DNA of 53,472 bases from a virus. The notes under the pieces are model-generated. The model saw nothing but the letters and a program-made list of their open reading frames with translations, was not told where the DNA came from and searched no databases. The DNA lies in the IMG/VR virus record IMGVR_UViG_3300002307_000006, positions 1 to 53,472 of that record. One strand, 5' to 3'. The position numbers and the translations under genes are program-made. Positions within the stretch are counted from its first letter, which is position 1; each line of letters begins with the position of its first letter. Positions 9,405 through 19,174 of the stretch are shown here, piece after piece.

Positions 9405-9577
9405 GCGTTGGATTTTTCAATAGAGGACTTGGTGAAATCACCGTGGTCGCTGTTGGCCAATGGCATGGTCGCTTTAGATTCCTCTTTCATTTGTTCGCCG
9501 TTCAGCCACGCGCCCGCCGCCATGCGGGTCTTGTATCGAACATCTTCGCTTTGTAATTCTTTGACTTCTTTATCCAT
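9401..9577 (-). CDS. Small ORF, 58 aa (below the track cutoff), MDKEVKELQSEDVRYKTRMAAGAWLNGEQMKEE...
   Basis: Manual translation. ATG lies 2 nt after the portal stop and TGA overlaps the next ATG; fills an otherwise empty 175-nt gap. Confidence 0.4.
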   Translation of the reverse strand: MDKEVKELQSEDVRYKTRMAAGAWLNGEQMKEESKATMPLANSDHGDFTKSSIEKSNA

Positions 9578-9579
9578 GA

Positions 9580-12087
9580 TTAACTCCTTAGGTTAGATTG
9601 CACACGATTGTTGGCCGCAAGTGCGGTTTGCTCCTGCTCTTTTTGCAGTTTTAACTGATCTACCGTCAACTGCGCAGTTTTCATGCGCTCGGCGGTGAGA
9701 TTGTTTTCTGCATTCATAGCCTGATCTGCCTGTAATCTGGCCGCGTCGTTGGCATTGTCTGCCGCCAAACGCGCCTGATCAATAGCATTCTTGGCTTGAT
9801 CTGCGGCGGCACGACGTTGTGTCTCGGCCATGGACGCCTGCAATACTGCCTGTGCCTCGCCATCCATTGGTGGCTGTGGCTTGAATTGAGCGGCAATCTG
9901 GCCCATCTGTTGCAGGGCGGGTATAACCCCCTCAAATACCTGCGATGTGTCCATCTTGACGTGTTCTGAGGCCATGGCGATGGCTTTGTCGATGTCTGCC
10001 GCCAGTTTGTTGTTCTCGTACTTGTCCAGTTTGATGTTTGAACCGCTGGTGACGTAGCCCTTGATCTGGCTGGTGTACCACAACATCATGTGTTGCTTGA
10101 TGTGTTCCAGCGCCAGCGGGATGTACGCTTGAGCGATAAGAGGATTGCTACCCAGCGCCGGATCCATAGCGAATGCAAGATGTGTTTGGATGTGCGCTAG
10201 TTGGTCTTGGCGTGGGTAGGCAAAGGCTGGCTTGCCTAGAGCCATAGCCGCATTTTCGTCTGCGGCGTCGATCTCTTGAGGCTTGCTGTTGTTTGGCATG
10301 AGTTCGTTGATGTCTGGAACTTTCAATTGCTTAAGCATACGACTCACGACAGCGCGCGGATCGATCATGCCGGGGAACTGGGTACTCAACTGCAACACAG
10401 ACTGCAACTGCGCAATGCGTTGGGTCTCGCTGAAGATGTGTGGGTCAGATACCGGGATGATGTCGCTGTTGCGAGCAAAGTCTTCGCGGGTGATAGGCAA
10501 GTCTGCGACCACGTCGCCCTTGCGCATATCGTCCAAATACCAGCGATTGATACGGCCCAGTACGCCAATGAGGCGGCGCTGGCTATCATGCAGGCGTGAG
10601 TGGATTGCCGAGAACACTGCCGCACCCTGCTCAATCAAGGCTTGTGTGGTTCCCACTGGGGTGTTTGATGTTACGTCGGCAATCTTTTCTTCTGCGGTGG
10701 TTACGACGCCTTTGGCGGCTCCATCAAGCCAGCCGAGCAACTCGAACAGCACTGGGCTGGGTGGGTTAAACGGCATGGGCATCGCGATCTTGCGTATATC
10801 ATCAACGCCCGGAGCGCCTTCGATCTCAGTAACTTGTGTAATTTCAACTTGCTGACTCTGCCCAGAGATTTTCGCCCCCTTGAGTTTGAGCATAGTAAGC
10901 GAATTGTTAACATGGGCGGTATCAAGCAAAGCGCGCAAAGCGCCAGTAAGAGCGGCAGACAAACCACCAATGAGATGAGGCAGACCAATAGCATAGGCGC
11001 CACGCCAAGGTATAAACTTAAATTCGATAATCCAGTCCAGTTTCGTAAGCGTGTCATCGCCTTCCTCCCAATTTCGGTATAGGCCCAGCAACTTATGCTC
11101 AAGCGAGTCAATCATCATGATGTAGGGCGCGGTCTCTCCCTTTGTACGGTCATCATCATCAAGGTCAAGCCACGTATAGATGTGATAGACCTTGCGTAAG
11201 CCGTCTTCGTTGTCCTGCCACTGCTTACCTTCAATCTTTTCGTTGGCCTTTTCAGCCTTGCTCATCTCTGGTTCAGAGGTGGCGCGGATTAAATTGATGT
11301 CTCGGTATAAACCCCTAGCCACACGTTGCTTGTACTCAAACTCAGTGATGTCTTGGACTTCGGTTACGCGCTGGGCGGTGTAGAAATTAACCGATGAAAA
11401 CGGCAGGAGAATGTTGTCGATACCGACGAACTCAGCGCATGGGCGCTTTTTCTTTTCGTCGTACCACATCTTGATGAACTGCGAGCCACCCATCGGCAAC
11501 TGCGTGAGCATCTGCTCTTGCTCGTCGCGGAACTCGGTGATCTGCTCGGTCAACTGCCAATTGGTGTAGTCACGCTTGCGTTCTGCACGCTCCACCTTCT
11601 CGTCGGTAGTTTCACCCAAAATCTTGGTACGCACTGGGCCATCTGGTGGGAACAATTCTTTAATGGCGCGGGATGCGAAGTCCACGCAAGCCTCGGCCAT
11701 GACAGGGTGAACCACCTTGCTGGCGCCGTAAAACATAGCACCGCCGGGCGCGTCATCACCCATACCGGTACGCTTGAGGCCCTCTTCGTACTTCTTGTCG
11801 CGCTCACTGCGTGCCTGCTGATCCTTCTCGATCATGTCAAGGTAGCGCATGGTCGTCTTCTCTAGGTCATAGAGGTTGAGCGACTCTGCCAAGTTGCTGT
11901 AGAAGTCTTCGTCTTCTGCTGGCCCCTTGAGGTCAGGCATATGGACAACGGCCGAACCGTCTGCCAATTCTTCGACATCACCCTCTTCTTCGTCAGGCAT
12001 CTCTACAACAGCGCCTCCATCATCGGTTTCGGTGACTGCTGGAACGTGACGACCATACTCGGGGTCGATAGGCATTTCGGTGGCCAT
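9580..12087 (-). CDS. Portal protein, 835 aa, with C-terminal coiled-coil (barrel-like) extension
   Basis: Size and position in the packaging/head module; the C-terminal ~90 aa are A/Q/N-rich helix, as in P22-type portals. Confidence 0.8.
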   Translation of the reverse strand: MATEMPIDPEYGRHVPAVTETDDGGAVVEMPDEEEGDVEELADGSAVVHMPDLKGPAEDEDFYSNLAESLNLYDLEKTTMRYLDMIEKDQQARSERDKKYEEGLKRTGMGDDAPGGAMFYGASKVVHPVMAEACVDFASRAIKELFPPDGPVRTKILGETTDEKVERAERKRDYTNWQLTEQITEFRDEQEQMLTQLPMGGSQFIKMWYDEKKKRPCAEFVGIDNILLPFSSVNFYTAQRVTEVQDITEFEYKQRVARGLYRDINLIRATSEPEMSKAEKANEKIEGKQWQDNEDGLRKVYHIYTWLDLDDDDRTKGETAPYIMMIDSLEHKLLGLYRNWEEGDDTLTKLDWIIEFKFIPWRGAYAIGLPHLIGGLSAALTGALRALLDTAHVNNSLTMLKLKGAKISGQSQQVEITQVTEIEGAPGVDDIRKIAMPMPFNPPSPVLFELLGWLDGAAKGVVTTAEEKIADVTSNTPVGTTQALIEQGAAVFSAIHSRLHDSQRRLIGVLGRINRWYLDDMRKGDVVADLPITREDFARNSDIIPVSDPHIFSETQRIAQLQSVLQLSTQFPGMIDPRAVVSRMLKQLKVPDINELMPNNSKPQEIDAADENAAMALGKPAFAYPRQDQLAHIQTHLAFAMDPALGSNPLIAQAYIPLALEHIKQHMMLWYTSQIKGYVTSGSNIKLDKYENNKLAADIDKAIAMASEHVKMDTSQVFEGVIPALQQMGQIAAQFKPQPPMDGEAQAVLQASMAETQRRAAADQAKNAIDQARLAADNANDAARLQADQAMNAENNLTAERMKTAQLTVDQLKLQKEQEQTALAANNRVQSNLRS

Positions 12088-12096
12088 AAATTCTCC

Positions 12097-15000
12097 TTAT
12101 CTGTAATGGCTGGCGCCTGCCAGTCCACCTTGTTTTTGCCGGACGACTTCTTTGGGTTCATACACAACAGCGGCGGGTTTCGTTCCTTCCTTGTTGAGGT
12201 AACCCTCGTAGCCGTACTCGCGGATCATTCGCTCCACGTCGGTCATATTTTGCTCGGAATGAGTCACACCTGCATTGTATTTCGCTGTGTGTGGAACTCG
12301 GTTAGATTCTCGCGCCAGCATTTTGAGTGCAAGCGGGTCTTCATTGATGTCGTATAAGGCTGGTGACTCTGCTCGATACCGGTTAACGCCAAGGCCGGGT
12401 TCGGGCGCGACAGATCCGGGTTCGCCGGCATAGAAGTAGGTGCGCGGCACAACCGGATTGTCTGTGCCTTGCAGTCGCTCCATCTCCGCGCCCTTGATGC
12501 CAGAGCCATACTTGGTTGGGTCGGTCATGGTCAAGTTGGGGTCATGCGAGAAGTGAGTCAATACCGATTGGCTTTCGGTTCCTTTCTGCGGCGTGATCAA
12601 CTTGCGGACATAGTCAGGCATACCGCCCTTGTAGTTCACGTCAAGATACTCAGGCGGCAACAGCACAGCCTTCTGGGGCGCGTATTGGAAACCGTTGAAT
12701 GCGTCCTTGATGCCTTCGGTTGCAATGTTGTAGCCTTGGGTATCACCACGACGCTTTGCCTCAATCTGCAACTCACGCAACTTAGCCACCTCGGATTTGA
12801 GTTGCGCGTTCAATGGCGTGAAGTTGACCACGCTGTTTTGGCCACGGGTCTCGGGGGTCATCGCCAAGCGGGCCAACGGGCTATACATTTGCTGGTGGAT
12901 GCCCCATGCTTTCTCTTCACCTGCCGGGCCGAACTCGTTACCGTAGATGGCATGGCCAAACAAGTCGTGGACGGCGCGGAACTTCTCGTTCTCATTTAAG
13001 CCGGTATGCGGATCGACGCCATTGAGAAAGTCGTGCGGATCGCCGCCTTGGAATACGTACAGGTGCTTGTTGCCATGGACATCGCCAGCCATCTCACGGG
13101 CGCCGTTGTAGTTGCCTTCACCGTTACGGTGGAATGATGTATTGACTGGTAGGGCCTCGAACTGGTCGCTGGTCTCTTTGGCTAACTGACGGTACGCCTT
13201 CTCCATCAGGTCGTCGTAGTTCTTTGCACCAGCCTGATCGAGGACGTCTGGCATCTGTTGGCCGTAGGCGTCAAAGACTGCCTTCTTGTATTCAGGGGAA
13301 CCCTCAACAGCGGCCAAGTGAGTGCGGCCAATGGCTGACTGCTTGGCTAGGCTTGAGGTTGGGAGATTGGGTAACGCGAAGTCTGTGCCGCGTCGCTCCT
13401 TGGTGTATTTGTTTGCAATGTTCAGCGGCACATTATTTGGACTGTTGATCAGCCCAGCCACTTCCTCATCCGAATGGAGTTTCGGAACTCGTTGTCCAGT
13501 TGCGCTTGATCCTTGTCCGACAGGCCCTTGAGTGTATGGCCCAGACGCTTCTCTAACTCCTCGCGTTTGAGCCTCGCTTGATTCAAGTGATGTTGGCCGG
13601 ACTCGGTAGAATGGGCCTTCTTGTGCTGTGACATATTTCGCTCCTGTTGGCGTCCCGGCTATAACCGTCTTTGCCTCGTTGACTGAAGAGGCTAGTTTAC
13701 CTGCTTTACCCGCCGAAGTAAAACTTTTCATTAAACCACTTGGGCTTACAAGCGACAGTCCCGTCTCCATCATGGGGCGCTCTTCGCCGGACGTAACGTT
13801 GTACTCGTTCATCTTATCTTTGAGCCATTCAGATCCACCCACAGGCGTATCAGATGTAAACCGAATCGGTTTGCCAGTCGCTTTCTGTGCGGCCCATTCT
13901 GCACCTTGCAGGCCCATGTTCATGAGGTCAACGGGCGCGCCCAATGTGTTCGCGACTACTCCTCTGTTAAGCAGGTCGGTAGCCGCGCGGGGCTTTCCCA
14001 AAGAGTTGACCTCCTCGGTTGCTTGATCCTTTGCCATACGGGCAAGAATCTCAGCCATGTGTTTTGCTTTATCAGTTGTTGATCCACCGTCAGCCATCTC
14101 GACATCGCCAATAATCTTAGATTCAGGAATGATGAACTCTGACCAGTCTTCGCCGTTCTCACGTCGGACGCGGTAACCGGGTTCATACGGTGTACGCATT
14201 GCCTTGCCAGTCTCTGGGTCGATTACCTTCTTGCTCAATAAATTGCTAGGGTCTTCACGGACGATGTCATTGCCAGAGCGATACTTGTCCAAAATTTTAA
14301 GAGGAGGCAAGTTGTTCTTGGCCCCATGCTCAGTGAACACGTATTGCCCCGGCTGGTATTTGTAGTTCCAAGAATCCATCTGATCTTGAGCGGCTTTTGC
14401 GCGCTGGCGTACTGCGTCACCAAGCGATGTATGAAAGTCTTGCAGGGTTGTTAAATCTTTTTGCGCCACGACAGGCTTGACCATTCCGGCCTCTTGTGCG
14501 GCCTTCTCAATTGCCTTGGCGGCCTTGAGCCAACCACCACCAGCCATTTTTTTTGCGCCTAGACGATACGAACTTCCACCTTCAGCCATCTTTAGAGGAT
14601 GGGTTGATGCCAACTCCAGTTTGCCCATGATCACGCCCTTGGGGTGATGATGAGCCACGACCTTAGCAATCGCTTGCACCAACTCTTTACCCAGACCAAC
14701 CTTGCCGCCCTTCTTGAGGCTGATGCGGCCTCCATCCTTCTTGAGGTAGTCCTCACCCTTCAGCACGCGATCAAGGACGGTGGTGGGGTTCTGGCCAGAC
14801 TCTTCAGCGGTGCGGCGAATCATGCGCTCAAGGTTCTCGATGTACAACTCAGGCTTGGTCTTGAGTGCGGTCACGTCGGCTGATCCATACCAGCCCATGG
14901 CCTGCGCCTCTGCTGGGGATACACCGGCACGCTTGGCGGCGTCCGTCCACAGTTTCTCAAAGCCGGCATATTCAGAGCCAGAGGGCGCGGCCTCCCAGAA

Positions 15001-15912
15001 TCCGGGGCGTTGCTTGGCCTCACGCAAAGTCATCTCGCCGGTGTCGAGCATCTCGCGGGGCTTGTATGAATTTAGGATGTTGCCATTCTCGTCTTTCTCG
15101 ACCAACTTGGACGTGAGCCAGCGTGGGTCACCATGGGTGATCACCGGGCCACGCACTGCGTTGACGTCCACGGTCACAGGCTTGAGGTTGCCTTGCAGGT
15201 TGCGGTAGAAGGTTCCAAGTTTGGCGTCCGGAGGTAATGCGCCCTCGATGTCGCCGCTGGCAATACGCTTGCCACGGGAGAAGATGTCACCCTGAGCCAG
15301 AGAGCCATAGCCTTCAGGCAGGGCAATCGGCGTGCCTTCGGGCGCGAGGCTTGGGTTCTTGCGAATCTTGTTGGTGAGCAGGTAGGCATCATCAGGCAAC
15401 TGGCCGGTCTGACTCAAGTGCCAGAGGTATGACCCCATCTTGTTCTGCTGGTCAACCGGGTTGCGCTGGCTGGCGCTGGCCAACTGTGCCATGAACTGGT
15501 CGTACTGCTCAGGGCTGATGACATCCATTGCGGCTTGACGCAAAGGCTCAGTGCCATACCACTCCTTCATGCCCATCAAGCCACCCTTGTCGATCAACTC
15601 GTCGGTCTTTCTCTTGGCCGAGCGTGAGTCGATGAGGTCTTGCATACGTGGGGTGAACTTACCGCCGCGTCCTTGCTGGCGCGGGAGATCGACTTGAGGT
15701 ACGTCCTTGGGATACATCCCTGCGCTACGTGGCAGGAGTGGCAGGCCAGTGCCGGACGGTGTGGTCATCGGTGGGGTCTTGGACTCCAGCATCTTGGCCA
15801 TCTTGCTTGATTCATCGGCCGCCTTCTCTGCGGCCATTGCGGCGTCGGCTTCTCGTTCCGCCTTGACAAGGGCGCTGGTCAGTTTCGATGCAACACGTTT
15901 GTAGTCTGCCAT
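12097..15912 (-). CDS. Large multidomain protein, 1271 aa, between TerL and portal (virion-associated polyvalent protein candidate)
   Basis: Uninterrupted ORF. Carries LKKGG/MAEGG/MAGGG/MADGG linkers between apparently globular segments and a conserved-looking block RAVHDLFGHAIYGNEFGPAGEEKAWGIHQQM. No catalytic family recognised. Confidence 0.75.
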   Translation of the reverse strand: MADYKRVASKLTSALVKAEREADAAMAAEKAADESSKMAKMLESKTPPMTTPSGTGLPLLPRSAGMYPKDVPQVDLPRQQGRGGKFTPRMQDLIDSRSAKRKTDELIDKGGLMGMKEWYGTEPLRQAAMDVISPEQYDQFMAQLASASQRNPVDQQNKMGSYLWHLSQTGQLPDDAYLLTNKIRKNPSLAPEGTPIALPEGYGSLAQGDIFSRGKRIASGDIEGALPPDAKLGTFYRNLQGNLKPVTVDVNAVRGPVITHGDPRWLTSKLVEKDENGNILNSYKPREMLDTGEMTLREAKQRPGFWEAAPSGSEYAGFEKLWTDAAKRAGVSPAEAQAMGWYGSADVTALKTKPELYIENLERMIRRTAEESGQNPTTVLDRVLKGEDYLKKDGGRISLKKGGKVGLGKELVQAIAKVVAHHHPKGVIMGKLELASTHPLKMAEGGSSYRLGAKKMAGGGWLKAAKAIEKAAQEAGMVKPVVAQKDLTTLQDFHTSLGDAVRQRAKAAQDQMDSWNYKYQPGQYVFTEHGAKNNLPPLKILDKYRSGNDIVREDPSNLLSKKVIDPETGKAMRTPYEPGYRVRRENGEDWSEFIIPESKIIGDVEMADGGSTTDKAKHMAEILARMAKDQATEEVNSLGKPRAATDLLNRGVVANTLGAPVDLMNMGLQGAEWAAQKATGKPIRFTSDTPVGGSEWLKDKMNEYNVTSGEERPMMETGLSLVSPSGLMKSFTSAGKAGKLASSVNEAKTVIAGTPTGAKYVTAQEGPFYRVRPTSLESSEAQTRGVREASGPYTQGPVGQGSSATGQRVPKLHSDEEVAGLINSPNNVPLNIANKYTKERRGTDFALPNLPTSSLAKQSAIGRTHLAAVEGSPEYKKAVFDAYGQQMPDVLDQAGAKNYDDLMEKAYRQLAKETSDQFEALPVNTSFHRNGEGNYNGAREMAGDVHGNKHLYVFQGGDPHDFLNGVDPHTGLNENEKFRAVHDLFGHAIYGNEFGPAGEEKAWGIHQQMYSPLARLAMTPETRGQNSVVNFTPLNAQLKSEVAKLRELQIEAKRRGDTQGYNIATEGIKDAFNGFQYAPQKAVLLPPEYLDVNYKGGMPDYVRKLITPQKGTESQSVLTHFSHDPNLTMTDPTKYGSGIKGAEMERLQGTDNPVVPRTYFYAGEPGSVAPEPGLGVNRYRAESPALYDINEDPLALKMLARESNRVPHTAKYNAGVTHSEQNMTDVERMIREYGYEGYLNKEGTKPAAVVYEPKEVVRQKQGGLAGASHYR

Positions 15913-15914
15913 GT

Positions 15915-17345
15915 TTATACCGCGTATGGATTAACGCGCCTTTGTTGTACGTCTACGTAATCATCCTCGTCATCATATCGTGGTTCGGGGTTGATGTCGA
16001 GGTATCCAATGTCCTTCAAATACCGAATCGCTTGCGTCGCGCTATCGACATAGTCATCATGGGCCGAGTCAGGGAATGAGCATATCTGCGATAGGAACCC
16101 CTCACACCAGTCCTTGACGTAGCCCTTGCGGACGGTGGACTCAGGTAGCCAGACGCGCCCGGTGGTGAAGATGGATGCCGTGATCTGGAGCCGGGTCATC
16201 TTGTCCGCGTTGCCGGGGTTCCATGCGCGCACAGGCAGGTGCATTGCCTGCAACTCTTGCACTAGAGATAGGCCAGACGCCTTGGCCTCGACGATGATCA
16301 GGTCAGGGCGTTTCTTCTTTTTGCCGTCGCCATAGGACACCTGCCACTCATCGACCACCTTCGGCTTGAGTTGGGGGAAGGTCAGATGCTCGGCCCAGCA
16401 ATCGATGAGCAGAACAGACATCGGGCCGTCCATGGGCTTGAACACGCCCCACGTGGTCATGGCCGTCGGGTCGTTGTAGGTCTTGTCGGTGTAGGCACAG
16501 TCATACGACTGGACGATGTACTCGAACTGCGGGAACTCCTTGTTGGCCGGCCACAGGCGGAACATATCGCGACTGACCACCTTGCCGTCCTCGAGGTCAA
16601 CGATCTCGCCAAGCACCTCCTGCTGGTACAACTTACTGCCCTTGTAGGACTCGAGTTGCTTTTGGAACGCCTTGTCAAGGTTCTTTGCGTTGTCATACGT
16701 GCTGGCGCGGGAGACAACCACGTCATCACCTTCGCGCCCCACCAACTCGATGATCAGATCCTTTGGGCGCGGGGTTGTGGTCACGATCACCCGGGGCTGG
16801 CTATGCTCCTGCTGGTCAGGCTTGATACGCAAGCCCAGCATCATGTTGTCCCACGCCTCGTTGGGGCCAAGGTAATTGAATGCGGCCAACTCGTCACACC
16901 AACAGAACGATGAGTTGATACCGCGAAGACGGTCGAATGAGTCGGCGGACACACCACGAATCTTCGAGCCGTTCGATAACTTGATGAGGTGGTCTTGCTT
17001 GTTGTAGTCAAGGATCAACTCATTAGGGATGCAGGCCAGCAATCCGGACTGACCTTCAAAGCAGGTGAACTTCAAGTCACCAGATGTAGGTGCCAGCACC
17101 ACGCTCATCGTGTTGGGGTGAGTCCACGCCCACCACCACAAAGCCTCGGCCGCACTACGGGTCTTGCCTGCTCCACGTCCTGCCAACATCAAGAAGATGG
17201 TGTAGTCCATGTGCAGGTCGGGCGGGATCTGGTACGAGTGCGCCCGTGCTATCCACTCAGCATGAGAAATAAAAGCGAGTCGGTTATGTTCGGTCAGAGT
17301 CTCAAACTCGGCCGCTGTCTGGTCATCGAGCAACTCAGCCAGCAC
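15915..17345 (-). CDS. terL: Terminase large subunit
   Basis: Walker A LMLAGRGAGKT and Walker B-like FCWCDELAAF; C-terminal nuclease-like half; 476 aa; overlaps the TerS gene. Confidence 0.9.
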   Translation of the reverse strand: MLAELLDDQTAAEFETLTEHNRLAFISHAEWIARAHSYQIPPDLHMDYTIFLMLAGRGAGKTRSAAEALWWWAWTHPNTMSVVLAPTSGDLKFTCFEGQSGLLACIPNELILDYNKQDHLIKLSNGSKIRGVSADSFDRLRGINSSFCWCDELAAFNYLGPNEAWDNMMLGLRIKPDQQEHSQPRVIVTTTPRPKDLIIELVGREGDDVVVSRASTYDNAKNLDKAFQKQLESYKGSKLYQQEVLGEIVDLEDGKVVSRDMFRLWPANKEFPQFEYIVQSYDCAYTDKTYNDPTAMTTWGVFKPMDGPMSVLLIDCWAEHLTFPQLKPKVVDEWQVSYGDGKKKKRPDLIIVEAKASGLSLVQELQAMHLPVRAWNPGNADKMTRLQITASIFTTGRVWLPESTVRKGYVKDWCEGFLSQICSFPDSAHDDYVDSATQAIRYLKDIGYLDINPEPRYDDEDDYVDVQQRRVNPYAV

Positions 17346-17943
17346 GCTTGGTCATCTCCATGTTGCGGATGATCTCCAAGAACTTCGAGGCGGTCGCGTC
17401 TTCTGTTCTGATGGCCTCGCCGTCCTTCACCCCTTCGATGGCCACGCGGTCACCGTACTTCGTCGGGTGGAACTTGGCCAACAACTTGAGCCGGGTCTCG
17501 ATCTGCAACTTGCGGTGGCCCAGCATATCCTCAATGGTCGTGGTCGCTCCCTCATCGCTCATCACCTGCTTTTGGCCAAACTGCGGCGTGTCTGCGATCT
17601 GGAGGCATTCCTCGGCCAGTGCGTCGTAGCCGATGTCACGGGCGCGCGCGATGGATGCGGATAGACCGACGCCGGCAGAACCTAAAGCATCATCCCTCTG
17701 CATCCAATCGTATACCGTCCTCCATGCAGGGAACCCATCGTTCTCTCTGCATATCTGTCTTAGAGGTATTCCCTCACTGAGTTGTTCACAGATGATTCGT
17801 GTTATCTCAGGGTCGTACTTAGATGGACGGCCTATCTTGGGCTTATTTGCGGGCGTGGTGGGTTTTTTTGCGGGCGTCGCTACCTTACCCTTGGTTTTGG
17901 GCGTGCGAGCCTTCTTGGAGGTTTTAGCGATAGTTTCAGGCAT
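17335..17943 (-). CDS. terS: Terminase small subunit (basic N-terminal tail + HTH)
   Basis: GRPSKYDPEITRIICEQLSEGIPLRQICRENDGFPAWRTVYDWM matches the common phage TerS HTH pattern; directly upstream of terL. Confidence 0.8.
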   Translation of the reverse strand: MPETIAKTSKKARTPKTKGKVATPAKKPTTPANKPKIGRPSKYDPEITRIICEQLSEGIPLRQICRENDGFPAWRTVYDWMQRDDALGSAGVGLSASIARARDIGYDALAEECLQIADTPQFGQKQVMSDEGATTTIEDMLGHRKLQIETRLKLLAKFHPTKYGDRVAIEGVKDGEAIRTEDATASKFLEIIRNMEMTKRAG

Positions 17944-18197
17944 GACCCTTATTCCCTTAGTGAATGCAATACCATCAGTGTATTCGATTCGCTTTCAGTT
18001 CGCTAGGGGTTGCTGGGTTCGATTTGGTCTTCAACGCGGCGCGATGGAAAGCCAGAAAAAGTCGCGCGTCAACATCCTCGAATGCTGGCTTAACACCCAA
18101 CACGGCTGGGGACTAATCATGGATGAACCCATATAAGCGTCAATCCCCATGCGTGTTAGAGCCTTGATTTTACTACAGTTCTACACAAATGAGAAGA

Positions 18198-18212
18198 CCC
18201 GCTTGTGGCGGG
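18198..18212 (-). terminator. Weak terminator-like hairpin at the end of the early-left operon
   Basis: CCCGC-TTGTG-GCGGG; on the minus strand followed by a moderately T-rich tract; lies in the 353-nt non-coding gap before terS. Confidence 0.35.
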
Positions 18213-18296
18213 CCTCCTGTGTTGGTATAGGGACACAACCCCTTGCATAAACCGAATCGGATTGGATTCGCTGTCTATTCGCTATCGCGTCGCTTT

Positions 18297-18431
18297 CTAC
18301 ATAAAGCAGACTATAACCACAAACGCAATAAATGAAAAGCCTGCAAGACATTTTTCCCACAGTGGCTCACCGTAGTATTCGCGCTGGCTTAGTAGGTGAC
18401 GCATCATGTTGTCGATCTCTTGCTTGTTCAT
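18297..18431 (-). CDS. Small ORF, 44 aa, with hydrophobic C-terminus (MNKQEIDNMMRHLLSQREYYGEPLWEKCLAGFSFIAFVVIVCFM)
   Basis: Manual translation; ATGA overlap with the stop of the upstream gene. Confidence 0.35.
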   Translation of the reverse strand: MNKQEIDNMMRHLLSQREYYGEPLWEKCLAGFSFIAFVVIVCFM

Positions 18432-18769
18432 GGCTCGACCTCCTCAACGCGCTCGGCGTGGCCACAGAGGTCACAGACGTAGTGCAGGCCAGCGCCGGTG
18501 CGGCACATCTCACCACGATGGCAGGACGGGCAGGTGTCCTCGTCCTCTTCAATCTCTGGCTCCTCCTCTTCAGGGACAGGCACGCCATCGATGACGGTCT
18601 GCAAGGCCGCAATCATTTGCTTGGCCTGCTCGAAGGTCATGGTGCAGTTCGCGCCCCCACCGTTGATCTGGATGGACAGCCAAATCTCGTTGTCGTCGTA
18701 CTTGTCCACGAACACCACGCGCTCACGTGGCTGAGTTGTTTCAATTCTGGTTGAGTAGTTGTCGCTCAT
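18428..18769 (-). CDS. Early protein, 113 aa, acidic linker + C-terminal zinc-ribbon (CPSC...CDLC)
   Basis: ORF track; preceded by a promoter-like/UTR cassette. Confidence 0.6.
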   Translation of the reverse strand: MSDNYSTRIETTQPRERVVFVDKYDDNEIWLSIQINGGGANCTMTFEQAKQMIAALQTVIDGVPVPEEEEPEIEEDEDTCPSCHRGEMCRTGAGLHYVCDLCGHAERVEEVEP

Positions 18770-18775
18770 AATCGA

Positions 18776-18859
18776 TTCGCTTTCGTTTGTTACCCAACTG
18801 CACTATTGCATTTGGTACGGTTAGTATAACAGAAAATTAAACAATGCAATACCCCTAAA
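18776..18859 (-). promoter_or_regulatory. Early promoter/5'-UTR cassette B (TGTTTAATTT, TATACT, GCAATAGTGCA, AACAAACGAAAGCGA leader)
   Basis: About 85 nt alignable by eye with 20618-20700; -10-like TATACT with TTGCAT/ATTGCA upstream. Confidence 0.35.
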
Positions 18860-19174
18860 TTATTTGGGGTCTTTCTCCAGCCTCAGGTGTTGGAGCAACT
18901 CGAGGAAGGCAAAGCAAACATCCTTGTCCTTGTAGTTCTTGGCGTGTTGCTCAATCTCGTGCAAAACAAAGCCATAGCCGGCGTCAAAGCCTTTGATGTA
19001 CTCAGACATCACCGTCTCTGGTGCGGGCGCTCTGCAAGCCTTGTGGGCCTCTAGGAATTGATCCATCTCGCTGAGGATGTCATCGATCCTTCCGGGCATC
19101 TTGATGGCCTGCTTAAAGTCGCAGTGGCCACACCGCATCATGCCGCCCTTGTCGTGGATTATGTGATCATGCAT
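18860..19174 (-). CDS. Early protein, 104 aa (track ORF extends to 19237; the internal ATG with AAGGGAG RBS is preferred)
   Basis: ATGCATGA overlap with the upstream stop; SD AAGGGAG 7 nt upstream. Confidence 0.55.
   Translation of the reverse strand: MHDHIIHDKGGMMRCGHCDFKQAIKMPGRIDDILSEMDQFLEAHKACRAPAPETVMSEYIKGFDAGYGFVLHEIEQHAKNYKDKDVCFAFLELLQHLRLEKDPK

Noticed and set aside
12097-15912. 1271-aa protein as an N4-like virion RNA polymerase or DarB-like methyltransferase/helicase
   Set aside because: No polymerase motifs, Walker A/B, DEAD/H or SAM-binding motifs could be found by eye. It is kept as an unknown multidomain protein.
8778-16913. Other long antisense ORFs inside portal, terminase and the 1271-aa gene (for example 8778-9266, 10283-10855, 12469-12999, 16371-16913); likewise 46237-46785 and 52842-53378
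   Set aside because: They are embedded opposite long ORFs with clear functional motifs, and there are no independent signals. Such ORFs are expected by chance in mid-GC coding DNA.
18005-18040. tRNA-like GGGTTCGATT string in the non-coding gap before terS
   Set aside because: The flanks cannot form a T-stem, acceptor stem or anticodon arm, so there is no cloverleaf.
17633-18754. Plus-strand ORFs 17633-18136 (167 aa) and 18332-18754 (140 aa) near the early/late boundary
   Set aside because: Both are antisense to well-supported minus-strand genes (terS; the 113-aa early gene). They start with non-ATG codons, lack an RBS and have Arg/Ser/Gly-rich junk-like composition.
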